From a virus (taxonomy: Duplodnaviria > Caudoviricetes), in IMG/VR virus record IMGVR_UViG_3300020347_000005, positions 1 to 58,980 of that record: DNA of 58,980 bases. One strand, written 5' to 3'. Below, in pieces: positions 57,530 through 58,980 of this stretch. The position numbers were made by a program, and so were the translations under genes. Every line of letters starts with the position of its first letter. Positions within the stretch are counted from its first letter, which is position 1. Below the pieces are notes generated by a model, which worked only from the letters and a program-made list of their open reading frames with translations, had not been told where the DNA came from and ran no database searches.

Positions 57530-58980
57530 TTAGTATATTGTGTAATTTGTATTAATATTATTTTCTATTGTTGTTTTGTTTGTGGTTTGGTCAGAACTAA
57601 ATAATATTATTTCTTGTATTGTACCATCCATATAATAGCTATCACCTTGGTCGTTTCTACCGATAGTAAATTTTTCAGTACCTGAACCTAATAAATCTTT
57701 TGTAGATGTTTCTTGAATAGTTAAAACTGAATCAAGATATACTTTAATACCGTTTGTACCTAAAGTATTAATATTGTTTAATAATTTTTGACTACCTCTT
57801 ATATCAGGTCCAGCTGAAGAGGTTATATATTGAGAATCAATCCATAGATTAATCTGCCCAGTATTTGATTGACCAGGACCATTCGAACTTACACTTATAC
57901 TACCAGGAGCACTATAAGATTTAGTAAACAACATAGGGAAATTAGTAGTTCCCGTGTTAATTTTAAACACGGTGAAGTTACTTATTGCGTCTTCAATATT
58001 ACCAAAAGTGTTATCTATTACTTCTAAATAAGTAGAACTAGTTTTAATAAAGTTTATTGCTGGTTTGCCATTTTCTAATTCAACACCAGTTGTTGAATCA
58101 TAGATTTTTGGCTGATTGTTAGAAGTAGTTTGAATAGCGTTATTATTTGTGTCGCTTTGATTATACCAAATAGTAACAAAACCATCTGTACCACTACAAA
58201 AAGTATTTAAACTTGCTGTATCTAATTGATTATTTACAAAACCAATATCTTGCGTAGTGTCATCACTCGCGCGCCTTACTTGTACAGCGTTGCCAGTATA
58301 AGAAGATTTTAACTTTCTTAAACTAAAGGCACCAGTTGAACCCGTTAAATCATCTAATAATAGAGGGTCTGGTTCTGGTTCGGATTCCTGTTCTTGTGAT
58401 GGTTGTTCGGATGGTATTTTAATATCAGATATTTTACCGGTAAAATTACTAGGATTACTATTAAATGTATTAGGATTTCCTGGATTGGCAAAAGTCGATT
58501 CAACTTTACTATATTGCAAAGTAATACTGAATGTTTCAAATGTTTGTATGTTTTCAGAATAACTAAGTTCGAAATCACTAATTCCTGTTAAGATACAATC
58601 TCGATACACCCTACTAAACATTACATTGTCTTGGTTATCTAACATTCTTAAACTAATATCACCAATAAAGGCATTTGGATTTTTAAAATCGTAATGAAAG
58701 AAAAACGTATCTAAAAGAATCCAATAATTTACGTATCCGTTTATCAATTTAAAAGTTAAAGTAAGATTTTTTTCTGTTAATCCTTGTGCGTTTAAAGTAC
58801 TTCTCCAATTTGTTTTTATTTCGTTCTTATTAAGAGTGTCAACAAAACCTTGCTCAACCCCTTCGTATTGATAACTAGGAATAGTAACCCCTTGTAAAGT
58901 ACTTTCTACTAAAGTTCTAGGACTTTCTAATTGTGTAGGCATATTCTTTACATATGGTTTATAGAATTCTTCAATCGTAT
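57530..58980 (-). CDS. Tail-tube-fold (gp3/gp54-like) protein fused to a LamG/ConA-like beta-sandwich domain; likely 5'-truncated
   Basis: Frame is open to the window end. The N-part (STLQGVTIPS...RVYRDCILTGISDFELSY) parallels gp19. A P/E/S linker follows, then AFSLRKL..Y.G.AVQVRR.SD...DIGF...WYNQS and IGR...YMDGTIQEIILF. Confidence 0.7.
   Translation of the reverse strand, partial: TIEEFYKPYVKNMPTQLESPRTLVESTLQGVTIPSYQYEGVEQGFVDTLNKNEIKTNWRSTLNAQGLTEKNLTLTFKLINGYVNYWILLDTFFFHYDFKNPNAFIGDISLRMLDNQDNVMFSRVYRDCILTGISDFELSYSENIQTFETFSITLQYSKVESTFANPGNPNTFNSNPSNFTGKISDIKIPSEQPSQEQESEPEPDPLLLDDLTGSTGAFSLRKLKSSYTGNAVQVRRASDDTTQDIGFVNNQLDTASLNTFCSGTDGFVTIWYNQSDTNNNAIQTTSNNQPKIYDSTTGVELENGKPAINFIKTSSTYLEVIDNTFGNIEDAISNFTVFKINTGTTNFPMLFTKSYSAPGSISVSSNGPGQSNTGQINLWIDSQYITSSAGPDIRGSQKLLNNINTLGTNGIKVYLDSVLTIQETSTKDLLGSGTEKFTIGRNDQGDSYYMDGTIQEIILFSSDQTTNKTTIENNINTNYTIY

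Noticed and set aside
1-58980. Stop-codon reassignment, tRNA genes, or DGR/retron elements
   Set aside because: Core genes are full length in the standard code and end in TAA, TAG or TGA; no cloverleaf or reverse transcriptase motifs were recognised by eye.

Overview
This window is an AT-rich, densely coding segment of a large T4-superfamily myovirus (jumbo-phage-like), read with the standard genetic code. Both ends cut through genes. It holds tail and baseplate genes (gp18, gp19, gp15-, gp26- and gp51-like, a tape-measure-like gene), the head module (gp20 portal, gp21 protease fused to a repeat scaffold, gp23, gp2, gp4) and the late sigma gp55. It also holds the replication/recombination core (gp44/62, RNase H, gp46/47, gp41, UvsX/Y/W, gp45, gp61, gp32, endo VII, and a gp43 split around the clamp gene), plus PhoH, two GT2 glycosyltransferases and a guanylate kinase. 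Main unexplained structure: (1) About 14 unrelated accessory ORFs start with the same leader, MKxLN(E/N)FLNE, which resembles the T4 capsid-targeting sequence with a gp21-type cleavage site. They sit in cassettes bounded by terminators and late promoters between core genes, suggesting an expanded virion-packaged cargo system. (2) The largest cassette holds three different nucleotidyltransferase folds (pol-beta type, ATP-dependent ligase type, and a HIGH-motif domain heading a 1006-aa putative polyprotein). (3) A second gene carries a copy of the major capsid protein's N-terminal arm. (4) gp55 has a ~129-aa insertion, alongside a variant late promoter (ATTAAATA) that often lies 4-5 nt from the ATG. 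All family calls come from motif recognition by eye; no database searches were run.
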